DNA from: Eledone cirrhosa
Lineage: Eukaryota
Direction of reading: 5' to 3'
Assembly: GCA_964016885.1 (NCBI GenBank)
Contig: OZ024757.1
Location: 30,380,001-30,444,000 of the forward strand
DNA: 64,000 bases
The notes beneath the pieces were generated by a model that was not told the origin of the DNA, did not search any database, and saw only the letters and a list, made by a program, of their open reading frames with translations. Within the stretch, counting starts at the first letter, position 1, and each line of letters starts with the position of its first letter. Shown one piece after another: positions 1-13,836 of the stretch. The translations under genes and the position numbers were made by a program.

Positions 1-307
1 AAGGGTTTTAGGTGCCTATACAGTCGCAAGCAGACATGGGCACCCAGTCAAGCCCTCTTTCCCTTGATCCAGGGGAACAGCCAGTATGTGAGAGCTGGAA
101 GGAAAGAAACAGGGCTGCACCAACACTGGACTGGTACTTTTTTTCTCTTTCTTTTTCTTTTATCGATCCCGAAAGGGTGAAAAGCAAAGTGGACCTTGGC
201 GAGATTTGAACTCTAAACACAAAGACCTGGAACAAATATCCGACACTCCAATGACTTTGCCAAATTGACCACCTCATATGTATATATGCACAAACATATA
301 TATATAA

Positions 308-367
<60 letters not shown>

Positions 368-462
368 GTGTGTATGTAAAAGGTAAATAGAAATAACAAC
401 ACAATCAGTACAGTATATGGAAGGGATATATTAGGTTAATGCTTGATATAGCAGGAAGAGGG

Positions 463-498
463 TCTTAACGTTTCGGATGCTAGTCCTGCATCAGAAGA
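463..498 (-). ncRNA. Minimal variant hammerhead motif in a Penelope-like terminus
   Basis: Minus strand UCUU-CUGAUGCA-GGA(CUAGCA)UCC-GAA-ACGU-U-AAGA; the core has C where A is expected and stem III is a loopless palindrome. Confidence 0.45.
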
Positions 499-593
499 AA
501 GATTGAGGGGATGGGCGGGTTGGAAAAATCTCTTTAGATAAAAATAACAGGTCCATTCATATTGACATCTCTTGCAATATATATATATGTATG

Positions 594-657
<64 letters not shown>

Positions 658-687
658 TGTATATATATATGTATGTATGTATGTATG

Positions 688-721
<34 letters not shown>

Positions 722-778
722 AAATTCATTTTTGAATTTTTTGGCGAGATTTCTAATCTGAAAACGTGTGTTGAAACA

Positions 779-1061
779 GATATTATTATACCTTGGGAGG
801 GTCATGTTGCCAATAAAAACACACGCACCCGTTGCTTTCACTTCAATTTATTATAAATTTCCAGTTAGTTGGTTGGTTCGATAACCAGAAAGCTGTTTAT
901 GTATTGTCAAAGCTCACACATTCTGTGACCTCCTCAGTGACTAGGTTTTTATTTGGTGTGTCTCTCCTTTGTTCTGTCCTACACCATCTTATTTTTAAAA
1001 AACCAACAGGTGCATGTGTGTTTTTATTGGCAACATGACCCTCCCAAAGTATAACAATATA
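779..1061. repeat. Inverted repeat, about 55-bp arms and about 170-bp spacer
   Basis: ttgggagggtcatgttgccaataaaaacaca mirrored at about 1016-1047; related sequence at about 38330. Confidence 0.85.
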
Positions 1062-1069
1062 TATATATA

Positions 1070-1588
1070 CAGGGTGCGGACGATATTTGTTCGCAAGATT
1101 ACTGTCTAGGAAAAAATAACACAGTAGTTTTATTTTTTAAGATATATTTATCAAACTTGTTCTTTCGATCTCACTCGATAAACCCGCCATTGGCTTTGAT
1201 GACGGCCTCAAAGCAGCCTCGGAACCGGCTACAGGCCTTCGTCACTGCCCCCCGACTTAGGCCCCCTAAAGGCACTTGTGATCCTGGCCTTCAGATCGTC
1301 TTTCGTATTGCAGCTAGATCTGTTGGTGTCTCGTTCCACTGCGCCCCACACAAAGAAGTCGAAGGGGTTGCAGTCAGGCGAGCTGGGAGGCCAGATGTCA
1401 GGTGAAGCGTGGTCGACGAAGTTCTCTGACAGCCAGGCTTGGGTCTTTCAGCTGGTAAGGCAGGGTGCTGAGTCTTGCTGCCACATGTACGGCCTATCTG
1501 CAGCTACCTGGTCGATCCAGGGCTTCACTACCTCGCCCAGAACGCGGATGTAGCCATCGGTGTTCAGCTTGAGGCCCTCAGGGAAGAA
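1070..1588 (-). mobile_element. Right half of the same DD37D maT-like element, inverted
   Basis: TA plus the same TIR at 1070; highly similar to the reverse complement of about 52865-53395. Confidence 0.88.
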
Positions 1589-4500
1589 GAACTTGTAACC
1601 GCATGTAAACACCGATTGCGTAGGACTTACCTCGCCCTCAAACCCCTTCATGACCTGGGTGGGTAGACAATAGCTGTAACATCCTTCTTTTCCCCACTTG
1701 CCGAACAAGATAAGGGGAAACCCCAGCATACATAGGTAGATGTACTTCTTTTCTTTTTTCCCTTTATCTCTTCTTCTCACTTCCTTCCACTCCCTCTCCT
1801 CTTCCTTTTCCTTTTCCCTCTTTCGCTTACCCTGAGGCAGCCCATCGGGCTTTTGTAGCCTCAGTACCCCCACCCAGTAAATTCTATATAGCATTGGCTG
1901 AAAATGCAATACCAGCTAAAAATATAGCAGTTGTTTTAGACTCGAGTTTTTTTTATTATTTTTTATTATTTTTAATTATTTTTTTATTATTTAATTTTTT
2001 TAATATTATTTTTATTAATTATTTTTTAATTTTAATTTCAATTTATTAACTTTTTAATTTTTTAATTTCATAACTTCCCACTCTGATTCCTCCAGAATTC
2101 TTTTTTCGCCTGCTTTCTAGCTAGTCTAATTTCATCCACACTGTATAGAATTCATGGCTCTACCCACTCCCTCATTGTTCTACAGGCAAGTTCAGCCACC
2201 ACTCACCGCCATGAAAGATTTAATTGTGTTTACAAATTTTGACCAATCCTTTTGACAACTACAATCTTCCCATATATGGAATTACCCCTTGAAAAGTTTG
2301 GCTATTTATAACCATGATAAAAATCTAATTCAGTCCAGAAAATAGCTGTCGAAATGGCTTGAGCTCTGCTGTCGGGGTGTTGAACAATTTCCTATATATA
2401 TATATGTGTGTGTGTATATATATATATACACACATACATACATTCATGCATGCATGCACACACACAGACATCATCATCATCATCATCAGGTTTAGCGTCC
2501 GTGTTCCACGCTTGCATGGGTTTGGACGGGGGTTTTCCCACTTGAGGCAAGAGTGGTTGTCTTGCTCGCATAGGACTGTCTGGCGGGTTTTCTACAGTTG
2601 GATGCCCTTCCTAACACCAACCACATTTACAGTGTGGGGCTGGGAGGTTTTTACCGTGTTGCCTACACGGCCACATTACAGCGTGGACTGTCTGGCGGGT
2701 TTTCTACAGCTGGATGCCCTTCCTAACACCAACCACATTTACAGTGTGGGGCTGGGAGGTTTTTACCGTGTTGCCTACACGGCCACATTTACAGCGTGGA
2801 CTGTGTGTTTTTTGTCGTGACACCTACACGATCTCATTTATATATAATATGATTTGGATCATAAGACTTTTTCAGTTTTCATTTTTTTTTTAATAATATA
2901 AATGTTAAAGCAAATACCATAATACCAACATTCAAAATATAAAATGAAAATGCTGACTGCTTGTTCTGAATGACATTTATTGATAAGTTTAAAAGTAATA
3001 TTTGTTTAGCAAACATTATGTCAATAAAGAGAAATGAAGGAGAGAGAGAGAAGGAGTGAGAGAAAGAAAGGGAGAGATGGAAGGTGGAGTATAGGGGAAA
3101 GAGAAGAAATTGCTTGGTTGTGTACTAGAGGGGAAGCATGAGGGAAAGAGCTGGGCAGTGAGAGAGAGATTGAAGGATGGAAGGAGGAGAGTAGGGAAAA
3201 GAGATAGGAAATTGCTTGTTTGTGAACTTGTGGTCATAGTTGTATTTTAGCCCCAATTCATCTCAGAACAAACGTTCCAGCCATGGCCATCTCATCTTTC
3301 TTGGACCGTATTATCTAATGTGTTCTCATATTTTAAATGGTGTGGTGTGACTAGAGAGAGACTTGACTGCTATTTCCAGCAAGTTCAGTGAACACATATA
3401 GAAGCTTTCTTATTGTCTGAAGCTAGTAGTTGTAGCATGTTTTGTTTGCAAGTGGATGTTTGGATGTCAGTTACTAGTTCACCCCTCCCCCAATCCCAAC
3501 TGTTCTGTTTATTTCTGAGATACCCTTAACCCTTCTGATAATGAATTCCCCTGATTCTAGTATAACAAGTCATTTGTTTTAAAGTGTTCATATTTAAATT
3601 TAAACCTTCCATCATGATTTTATGTAAGCACCTTTTTAAACAACAAATTAATAATGAAATTTTAGTTACATTACTAAATCCCTTCATAGTTAGTGTCTTT
3701 TATCATCATCATCATTGTCATTATTTTAACATCTGCTTTCCCTGCTAACAAGAGGTGGATGGGTCCATACAGACCAAGTCAGTACTGAAGTGGAGCCGTT
3801 GATCTCCCAGGCAGACCTGGAATCTGTATCTCACTTGTGTATAGTCACACTTTCCATCGAGTGCTTAGGAGAGGTTATCATGTCATTTGACATGACTGAA
3901 GGGTCATCGCGACGCTTTGTCTGACGAGATTTCTGATGCCCTTCCTATCACCAACCACTTTACAGTGTGTACTGGGTGGATTTATCGTGTAAATCACTAA
4001 CATTGAGGAGGTTGCCATATCCTTGACACGAAAGATTATCGCGACCCTTTGTCTGATGAGTTTTCTCGACTGGATGCCCTTCCTATCACCAACCACTTTA
4101 CAGCGTATACTGGGTGCATTTATCGTGTAAATCACCAACATTAAGTAGGTTGTCATGTCCTTAACATGACTGAAGAAAGAGTTAACAGCCAGATTGTCCT
4201 ATATCTTAGCTGGTAACACATGTAGGTATAATACACACTTATGAGGAGCAGCCACACCTATAACAAGCAGATTAGATGAAGTCAAAACCTCTGTTGGTTT
4301 CGATAGTAAGTGTTCCGAACAGATTGCTCATCAAATAAACAGTCCAATGGCTGTACATTGCTGACACATGTATTTCCAGAGATATTCAACATGACACAAT
4401 CTGTGATAAGGCTGGCACTTTGAATTACAGATACACCTCATTTTCCCCCAAAGAGTTGCAGGACAGATTTCAGAGGCAACACCAACTGATAGGAGAACCA

Positions 4501-4775
4501 GAGGCAAACCATGAGGAAGATATCTGGATGACATCCATAACCTGATTTGGTCTCACTTGAGGATCCAGCTGGATCATTTGGGGACAGTTTCTTTTGTTAG
4601 GACCATCTTGATAGTGTGTCTGAGGACTCTGCCCTTACGATCCTCTCGGGGGAATTAGTGGGCAAAGAAGAAGACAAAGAATGGACTGGAGCAGCATAAA
4701 ATAAGACACAATGTGCCACTGGTGAATCAAACTCATCATCTTAGGATCATAAGTGGGAAACCCTAACCAACTAAG

Positions 4776-5100
4776 TCATGCCTTCATCATCATCTCCACC
4801 ATTTTACATCTGTTTTTCCATGCTTGCATGGGTTGGACAGCATCCTTCCACTTGTTGCACACCTCTGTGAGCTTCAGCAATTTGAGGCCAGCTCTCACCA
4901 CATCTGCCCAGGTCTTCCTTGGTCTTACTCTACTGTGGCTTCCTTCTACTGGAATTTCTTGGCACCCTTTCATCAAGTGATCATCATTCGTCCATATGCA
5001 TCACATGTCCATACCAGCACAATCTTCTCTCTAGCACACTACTACAACTGATTCCTCTCATGCCCTGTACACATGCCAATTATGTCTCTGCATGAATTCA
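4776..5100 (-). mobile_element. RTE-clade LINE 3' fragment, decayed
   Basis: VEG...RVRPRKTW.DVV followed by a (GAT)n tail. Confidence 0.75.
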
Positions 5101-5824
5101 AGAAGTGTTCGTGTCCTCAACAACATTACAGTGTGTCAGTTTTTTTTACTTTCTTTTTCATCTCTTTGACAACAATGTCTCTCCAACTCAGTTAACAGCT
5201 TACCCTGGCCTTCCTTACCCCTCCCCAACATTTTATATAAATGGAATATAACTAGCTCTCCTCTACTCACACTATGCCAATGACCTCAACCATTCTGTTT
5301 TGTGGAAGTGGTCAGAATCATTTAATATTTACATAGCACACACATTCACTCACACACACACACACAAAGTTAATAAGATGTCGTCTTGCACACGCACACA
5401 CATACACACATTGTCACTAATATGTCATGTTGCACACAAATGCGCATACGTACACACACACACACACACACACATTGTCACAAATAAGCTATTTTCACAA
5501 ACACTCTCTTTCGCTCTCTCTCCCCTCTTCCCCCATCTTCCCCCTCTCTCTCAGACACATATTCTTACTAAGGCGAATATCTAATTATTTTTTCTCTCTT
5601 TCCTCCTCCTCTTCTCCATCTTCCCCTTCTTCTCATGCTCTCCTTCCTCCCCTCCTCTCCTTCCATCCCTCATCTGTTTTTAACTAAAACTTGTCTTATT
5701 TTTAATGTCTTTCTGCGGAATTTCAATTTTGTTTATCATTGTTTATGTAGGTATCAATTTTCAGATGGCCTTTGCACCCATCCTTTTTTTTTGTTCTGGG
5801 TTATTTTGTATAATATATGCTTAA

Positions 5825-7780
5825 CCCTTTAGCATTTACATTACTCTATATATACTATTGTATTTTCACGGCAAACACTTTACCTCACATAACATTTACA
5901 TTACTCTATATATACTATTGTATTTTCACAGCAAACACTTTACCTCACATAACATTTACATTACTCTATATATACTATTGTATTTTCACAGCAAACACTT
6001 TACCTCACATAACATTTACATTACACTATATATACTATTGTATTTTCACGGCAAACACTTTACCTCACATAACATTTACATTACTCTATATATACTATTG
6101 TATTTTCACGGCAAACACTTTACCACACATAACATTTATATTACTTTATATATACTATTGTATTTTCACGGCAAACACTTTACCTCACATAACATTTACA
6201 TTACTCTATATATACTATTGTATTTTCACGGCAAACACTTTACCTCACATAACATTTACATTACTCTATATATACTATTGTATTTTCACGGCAAACACTT
6301 TACCTCACATAACATTTACATTACTCTATATATACTATTGTATTTTCACGGCAAACACTTTACCTCACATAACATTTACATTACACTATATATACTATTG
6401 TATTTTCACGGCAAACACTTTACCTCACATAACATTTACATTACACTATATATACTATTGTATTTTCACGGCAAACACTTTACCTCACATAACATTTACA
6501 TTACTCTATATATACTATTGTATTTTCACGGCAAACACTTTACCTCACATAACATTTACATTACTCTATATATACTATTGTATTTTCACGGCAAACACTT
6601 TACCTCACATAACATTTACATTACTCTATATATACTATTGTATTTTCACGGCAAACACTTTACCTCACATAACATTTACATTACACTATATATACTATTG
6701 TATTTTCACGGCAAACACTTTACCTCACATAACATTTACATTACACTATATATACTATTGTATTTTCACGGCAAACACTTTACCTCACATAACATTTACA
6801 TTACACTATATATACTATTGTATTTTCACGGCAAACACTTTACCTCACATAACATTTACATTACACTATATATATACTATTGTATTTTCACGGCAAACAC
6901 TTTACCTCACATAACATTTACATTACACTATATATACTATTGTATTTTCACGGCAAACACTTTACCTCACATAACATTTACATTACTCTATATATACTAT
7001 TGTATTTTCACGGCAAACACTTTACCTCACATAACATTTACATTACTCTATATATACTATTGTATTTTCACGGCAAACACTTTACCTCACATAACATTTA
7101 CATTACACTATATATACTATTGTATTTTCACGGCAAACACTTTACCTCACATAACATTTACATTACACTATATATACTATTGTATTTTCACGGCAAACAC
7201 TTTACCTCACATAACATTTACATTACACTATATATACTATTGTATTTTCACGGCAAACACTTTACCTCACATAACATTTACATTACACTATATATACTAT
7301 TGTATTTTCACGGCAAACACTTTACCTCACATAACATTTACATTACACTATATATACTATTGTATTTTCACGGCAAACACTTTACCTCACATAACATTTA
7401 CATTACTCTATATATACTATTGTATTTTCACGGCAAACACTTTACCTCACATAACATTTACATTACTCTATATATACTATTGTATTTTCACGGCAAACAC
7501 TTTACCACACATAACATTTACATTACTCTATATATACTATTGTATTTTCACGGCAAACACTTTACCTCACATAACATTTACATTACTCTATATATACTAT
7601 TGTATTTTCACGGCAAACACTTTACCTCACATAACATTTACATTACTCTATATATACTATTGTATTTTCACGGCAAACACTTTACCTCACATAACATTTA
7701 TATTACTCTATATATACTATTGTATTTTCACGGCAAACACTTTACCTCACATAACATTTACATTACTCTATATATACTAT
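5825..7780 (+). repeat. 60-bp tandem satellite, about 32 copies, derived from the end of the piggyBac-type MITE
   Basis: Unit catttacattactctatatatactattgtattttcacggcaaacactttacctcacataa; array starts at TTAA-CCCTTTAGCATTTA. Confidence 0.97.
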
Positions 7781-8574
7781 GCGTGGTGGTGGTGTAGGTC
7801 TGTGGGTGGTTGTAGTGTAGGTCTGTGGGTGGTGGTGGTGGTGTATGTCTATGGGTGTAGGTCTGTGGGTGGTTGTAGTGTAGGTCTATGGGTGGTGGTG
7901 TAGGTCTGTGGGTGGTGTTGGTGTAGTTCAGTGGTTGGTGGTAGTGTAGGTGGTGGTGGTGGTGGTGTAGGTCTGTGGGTGGTGGTGGTGTAGTTCAGTG
8001 GTTGGTGGTATAGGTCTGTAGTTGGTAGTATAGGTCAGTGGCTCAATACCCTCCACCCTCTCTCCCAATAGACACTGCTCTTTCTTCTAACATGTTTTTT
8101 TTTGTCTGAGTAGGGAGAGCAACATCCATGGATGTTTTCCCAAATGTCTGAGACTAGTGGCAGAAAAGGGATAAATTATCTTCAAGCTAGAGACCTGACC
8201 CTAATGTGTGTGGACGTCACTCGCATCTAGTCACAGGCCTGTCCCACCACAGTCTCACAGCAGTAATATACTGGGGTCAATTTAATCAACTTTCCTTTCC
8301 CCTTCAAATTGTTGGCCTTGTGCCCAAAGTAGAAACAATTATTATTAGTATTATTTTTATTGGTAGATTGGCAAAATCGGTAGAGCGTCGAACAACATGC
8401 TTTCTGACATAGAGTTACGGCCCTTTGCGTTCTGGGTTCAAATCCCGCGAAGGTTAGCTATGCCTTTCATCCTTATGGGGTCGATAAAATAAAGCACCAG
8501 TAACGCACTGGGTTCAATAAAATATACTACCAGTAACACCCTTCCCTTCAAATTGCTGGCTTCCCTTCAAATTG

Positions 8575-8648
8575 CTGTTCCACCGCGGAACAGGAAGATG
8601 ATCATGCCATCTGGCCTTTTGCCGTCCCCTCGATCCAGCCCCACCGAG
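8575..8648 (-). mobile_element. Short fragment of a CRE-like LINE restriction-like endonuclease
   Basis: Minus-strand translation VGLDRGDGKRPDGMIIFLFRGG. Confidence 0.65.
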
Positions 8649-10019
8649 CACCAGTAATGCACTGGGTTCGATAAAATATAGTACCAGTAATGCACTGGGT
8701 TCAATAAAATATAGTATCAGTAATGCACTGGGGTAATTGCTGGCCTTGAGCCAAAAGTAGAAACAACTCTTATTGGTCTTATTGCTTGTCATCTTGCTGG
8801 GGGACATATTGTGACATGTGATACATGAACGAGGAAAATAAATAAATCAACAAACAAACAAGCAAATAACATAACAATGGTGGTTGTCAGCTTTTCATAT
8901 GAAAACTTCTTTTGATGTGATGGCTATTCTGTTTTCTTTTCATTTTGTGATGTAAAATGATGATGGTGATGATGATGATACACACACATATATATACGCA
9001 CACCTATATATAAACACACACACACACATATATACCCACACACACACATTTCTATATACTGTACCGATTGTGTTGTTATTTCTGTTTACCTTTAACATAC
9101 ATACATACATATATACACACATACACACACACACACATACACTTTTACTCTTTTACCTGTTCCAGCCATCTGCCTGAGACCATGCTGGGGCACCGCCCTT
9201 ATATATGTATGTATAATAGAAAAAAAACAGAAAGTTTAATTTACGTATTAAAGATATTTATTGTGTATCAATCTGTTCCGCGCATTTCACTGTATACTAC
9301 CCACACTACATACATATTACATATATACACCTATCTGTATATATATAAATTATAATCAAAGGAAATAGAAACTACATCGGTTAGCAATGGATGTCTCCTC
9401 ATATTTCACACCCTGGATAGATGTTTATCTCTGAAATATCTACCTTTCACTGATTCTTGTGTTTATTTCTATACAAAGAATTTGATTTCAGCTTATTGTA
9501 AGTATTCCTTATTCAGTTTAAGAAGTTAATCAGTTAGCCTGTGTGATTAAAACAAAAAAAAAACAAAAAGAAAACTAAATAAAGATATATTTAGTTAACT
9601 GCTGTAATATATAAACAGTATTGATTTCATTTGACAGTCGGATATAGTCAATTGTTGTCTTATCAAGTACTTGTGTGCGTTTATGTTCTCTCTCTTTCCG
9701 ATCTCTGAGTTCAAATCCAGTCAAGTACTTGGGTTGACATAATCGACTTTCCCCTTCCACCTTAAATTCTGGGCCTTCTGCCAAAATTAGATATCATTAC
9801 CAATTATAATCAATTTCTGTTCTCTAGACACCATGCTTTGCAGTATAGAGTTACAGCGCTTTATGTACTGAGTTCAAATCCCGCTGAGGTTAGCTTTGCC
9901 TTTCATCTTCACGTGGTTGATAAAATAAAGTACCAGTAACAGATGGGGATCGATTTAATCGACTTTCCCATCCCTCAAAGTTATTGGCTTTGTGCCTAAA
10001 TCAGAAACGACTATTATAA

Positions 10020-10107
10020 GCAACAGGAGCCCACGTGCTGGCCACTCCGCAGCGTTTTACCGGAGTATGGTGAGGGAGATGCATTGGAAAAGCCATTCCA
10101 GCTCGCA
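10020..10107 (-). mobile_element. Short CRE-like LINE C-terminal fragment
   Basis: Minus-strand ELEWLFQCISLTILR*NAA resembles the QRxSxAIxRGNA motif. Confidence 0.5.
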
Positions 10108-10209
10108 AGTAATGTTGTAGGAGAAAATATTTGAAAACAAGTTTTTTTTAATTCCAATGTTTATATCTTTACTAGAACAGAGATCATTGTGAAATTATTT
10201 CTGTAATAG

Positions 10210-10545
10210 AGTGCGTAGCTCAGGGATCAGAGAGTCACTCCAGGTAGAGCCGCTACTTCTCTGAATTGAAAGATCATAGTGCCAATACTATGGGCATGTG
10301 GTTAGAATGTCTCAGGAAAGAAATAGCTGGACAGATTTTACGGACAAAACCAACCAGCAAGAGACCCAGGAGTAGACCAAGAGCAAGATGGTTGGATAAC
10401 GTCCATGAGTTTGGCTGGTCATGCTTGGGGATCCAGCCAGATCAGATGGAGATGGTTGCTTCTGACAGGCCCCGCTGGAGGGAGTTTTTAAGGACTTTGC
10501 CCCACGACCCTCTCAGGAATAAGTGGAGGAAGAAGAAGATTAAAG
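10210..10545 (+). mobile_element. RTE-like LINE 3' fragment
   Basis: KRPRSRPRARWLD...A.DR.RWR; (AAG)n tail; decayed relatives near 4460-4675 and 22400-22540. Confidence 0.75.
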
Positions 10546-11879
10546 TCTTCAATATTTAACCCTTAACATCCTGTAATTATTAATTAGAAAATATCTGAAA
10601 ACAAGTTTGTTAATTCAATTATGTATAGTGTCTTTACTGGTGGACAGATCATCTTGTCCGTACAGGGTTGATAAAATAATTGCCGACTTTGTGCCAAAAG
10701 TAGAAACAATTATTACTAAAGTATAAGCAAGGTGGTGGATTGGCAGCATTGGAAGAGTGTCAGACAAAATGCTTTGCAGTATTTACTTAGGCTTTCTACA
10801 TTCTCTATCACAGACACGCACCCATGTGTGTGGTGTGTGTGTATGGCTCATACACTGTTCACTTTACTGAATTTTGTACATTCTTCTATGTACTATACAT
10901 GCACCTTTGATGAGTTGTAGTGCACCCGAGCACTGTACACAATAATTTTCATTATTATTGTTCTGAGTTCAAATCCTGCTAAAGTCAACTTTGCTTTCAT
11001 CCTTCCAGTATAGATAAAACAAAGTACCAGTTAAATACTGGGGTTGATATAATCAACTTTACCCTTCCCCCAAATTGCTGACCCTTTGCCAGTGTTGGAA
11101 GAAAATATTACTAAAGTTCTACAGTAAAGATTTTTAATGTGTTGCTGTTGTTTAGTCCCAGGACAGTCCTGATCTAGCAGACCTATGACCAGAAGCATAC
11201 AGGGACATAACTATCCTAGTATATTCAAATTGCATTATTCAATGCAGCAGGATGTGGTTTGAAGGAGAATTTGCTGCTGTTTTCAGCAGCTTTAGCAACC
11301 ACATACAGGCTAGCACAGTCTACTATGTAGTTAGCCTATCTTATTGATAAAGCTGAAACAGATGAAAGGCAAAGTTGACTTGACTAGTGTTTGAACTTGC
11401 CATGTAGAAAACTGGGAGCGAGTACTAAAGGGCAGTTAGCCCTACCCTTTAACAATACACTGGTTAGATTGATTTTATTTACTCGGTTTTGTTTACTTGT
11501 TTTTATAATAATAATGAAATTGTTGTGTTCAGTGCTCAGGTGCACTACAACTCGTCAAAAATGCATGTATAGTACATAGAATAATGTACAAATGTCAGGA
11601 AAGTGAACAGTGAAAGTGAACATGATATACATGTGTGCACGTGTGTTGTATGTTTTATTTAATAATGATGATGATGATAGTAATAATGGTTTCTGATTTA
11701 GGCACAAGGCCAACAATTTTGGGGGAGGGGGAAAGTCATTTAAATTAAACCCAGTGCATTGCTGGTGCTTTATTTTATTGATGTTAGTGTCCAAGTTTCG
11801 GATCCATAAAGTAATATGGGCTTAATGGTTGCTTGGAATATTTCCAGTTTTAGCTTGTTGGTAAGTTGAGATGTCCATA

Positions 11880-12160
11880 TGGCGTGCATGTCATTGCACG
11901 CTGACCATGCCATACCCTCGCGGAGAGCTCAATTTGCTGGCCACTGTCACCGTGCCAGCAATGAAATCATATCCGCTCTCTTGCTCTGGAACCCTGACTC
12001 CAGCCTGACTAGGAGTAGGAAGCTGTCATTCCCTGACGTTATCTCTAGGGATACGGGAATCAGTAGACAGGACCCGGGGGCGGCGATGGGGGACAGGGAA
12101 TTCTGGGGCATGAGAGTGAGATCCATCATCTCTACAGTAGTCGACGAATGATGATGATTT
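11880..12160 (+). mobile_element. RTE-related LINE 3' fragment
   Basis: RRAQFAGHCHRA...LLLW...DTG....AM.DR..W; (GAT)n tail. Confidence 0.7.
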
Positions 12161-13771
12161 TATTGATCCCGTAAGGATGAAAGGCAAAGCTAACCTCGGC
12201 GGGATTTGAACTCAGAATGTAAAGCACTGTAATTATATGCCACAAAGCATGTTGTCTGATGCTCTCCTGATACTGTGAATCGATGATGATGATTATTTCT
12301 ATAATGATAATAATGATGATTTCTACTATAGGCACAAAGCCAGCAATTCGAATGGGAGAAGAAAGTCGATTAAATCAACCCCTGTGCATTACTGGTGCTT
12401 TATTTTATCAACCCTGTAAGGCTGAAAGGGAAAGCTGACCTCAGTTTCGACATTTGGCACAAGGCCAGCAATTTCGTGGGGGAAAACTGGTGATAAACAC
12501 TAGTATCACATTAGATAAAGATACTGAAATAATATAATTAGATCAAATAAATACAAACAAATACTTAATCAATGAACTAGATAGTACTCAACACACACAG
12601 ATGAAAGTCGAGATTAGAAGGTAATACTATAATCAGATTAGATTACTATTTGAGATAGAACTAAATGCAAAGAATCAGGCAATTGGCATTAACATTATCA
12701 GTGCCGTAGACAAGATAACTCGTCCTAACATGTATGCATGCTAGTGCCATGGATGAGATAACTCGTCCTAACATGTTTGAATTCTTTTCCAACAGTTCAT
12801 AACTTCAAATCTATATAGGGTTACTAGTTTATTGATGTGACGTTTGTCAATCATTCTGATATGTGTTTTTAACAAATGTTTGTTTAAAAAAATAGTCATT
12901 TTACTGAAAAAAAACCTACAGCAAGGGATTTGAACTCAGAACGTAAAGGGCCATAACTCTATACTGCAAAGCTTGGTGACCGACGCTCTCCCGATTCTGC
13001 TAATCCACCAATAATAATAATTGTTTCTACTTTTGGCACAAGTCCAGCAATTATCCCAGTGCATTACTGGTACTTTATTGGGATAATTGCTGGCCTTGTG
13101 CCAAAAGTAGAAACAATTATTATGTCTGGTCTTATCTACAAAATTAAATGGAGTCTAATTAAGGGCAGAGAAGATGGTGAGGGAGGCACCCTTCCTTAGA
13201 TTATTTTGAATCATTGTAGAGATAAGATAGCTAATTGTTTCAGACCAACATATATATCAGTTGAAAACCAGTTTATATTTAAATATCAATGTCAATTGAT
13301 TGTGACAGTTTAAATTCAAAGCTTACATAAGCAATTGTTAGCTTAGGTTATTCTTATTTGCACCCACATAGTATTCTGTTTATTTCCAACAAAGTAAACT
13401 AACCTCTATTTTGTTGCTTGACATGCTAGAAACAGCAGTCAAATCTCCCTTCAAATCACACATTTCCAAAAGGATCTGTATATGTTTTTGTAGTTCTATT
13501 TCCACTAAAAATAAAAAGCAAAACAAAACAAAACAAATGATGTGTTTGTCTCAAATGGAATGTTTTTAAAGTCAGCACTGATCTGGAACTAAACTTCTAT
13601 GTTTGTATATTATTTTATTTTCTTTTATTTTATTTTTCTAAGTTTTAAATCTTTCTTTTTTATGTTATTGTCAGTTGTTTTTGTTTTTCTAAAATATTCT
13701 CCATTTGTAGGTCTGTCTTAATTTTCAAGCCTAATTTATTGCAATATTAACAACTAGAATTTTTTTTCAAC

Positions 13772-13836
13772 ATGCTAACGTGTATGTATGTATATCTACT
13801 ATATAAATTGGAAGTGGTCGGACGTTGTATATTTAA
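13772..13836 (+). CDS. DIPK1: DIPK1/FAM69-family gene, candidate first coding exon (MLTCMYVYLLYKLEVVGRCIF-K)
   Basis: Acceptor ccatttgtag ends 13710; ATG at 13772 (caacATG); GTAAGT donor at 13837 leaves phase 2, matching the micro-exon at 17374. An alternative start at 17480 is possible. Confidence 0.55.

Noticed and set aside
5825-7780. CRISPR-like array
   Set aside because: Units are contiguous with no unique spacers, and the context is eukaryotic
5817-7903. Long ORFs of 365, 681 and 305 aa
   Set aside because: By-products of a stop-free 60-bp tandem unit derived from a MITE; no splice or protein-family support
7781-8040. Telomere-like or coding GGT-rich tract (also 35640-36160 and 48100-48470)
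   Set aside because: Irregular low-complexity sequence without TTAGGG periodicity
12489-12850. Possible solo LTR with an internal 21-bp duplication
   Set aside because: I could not identify matching TG...CA ends with a target-site duplication
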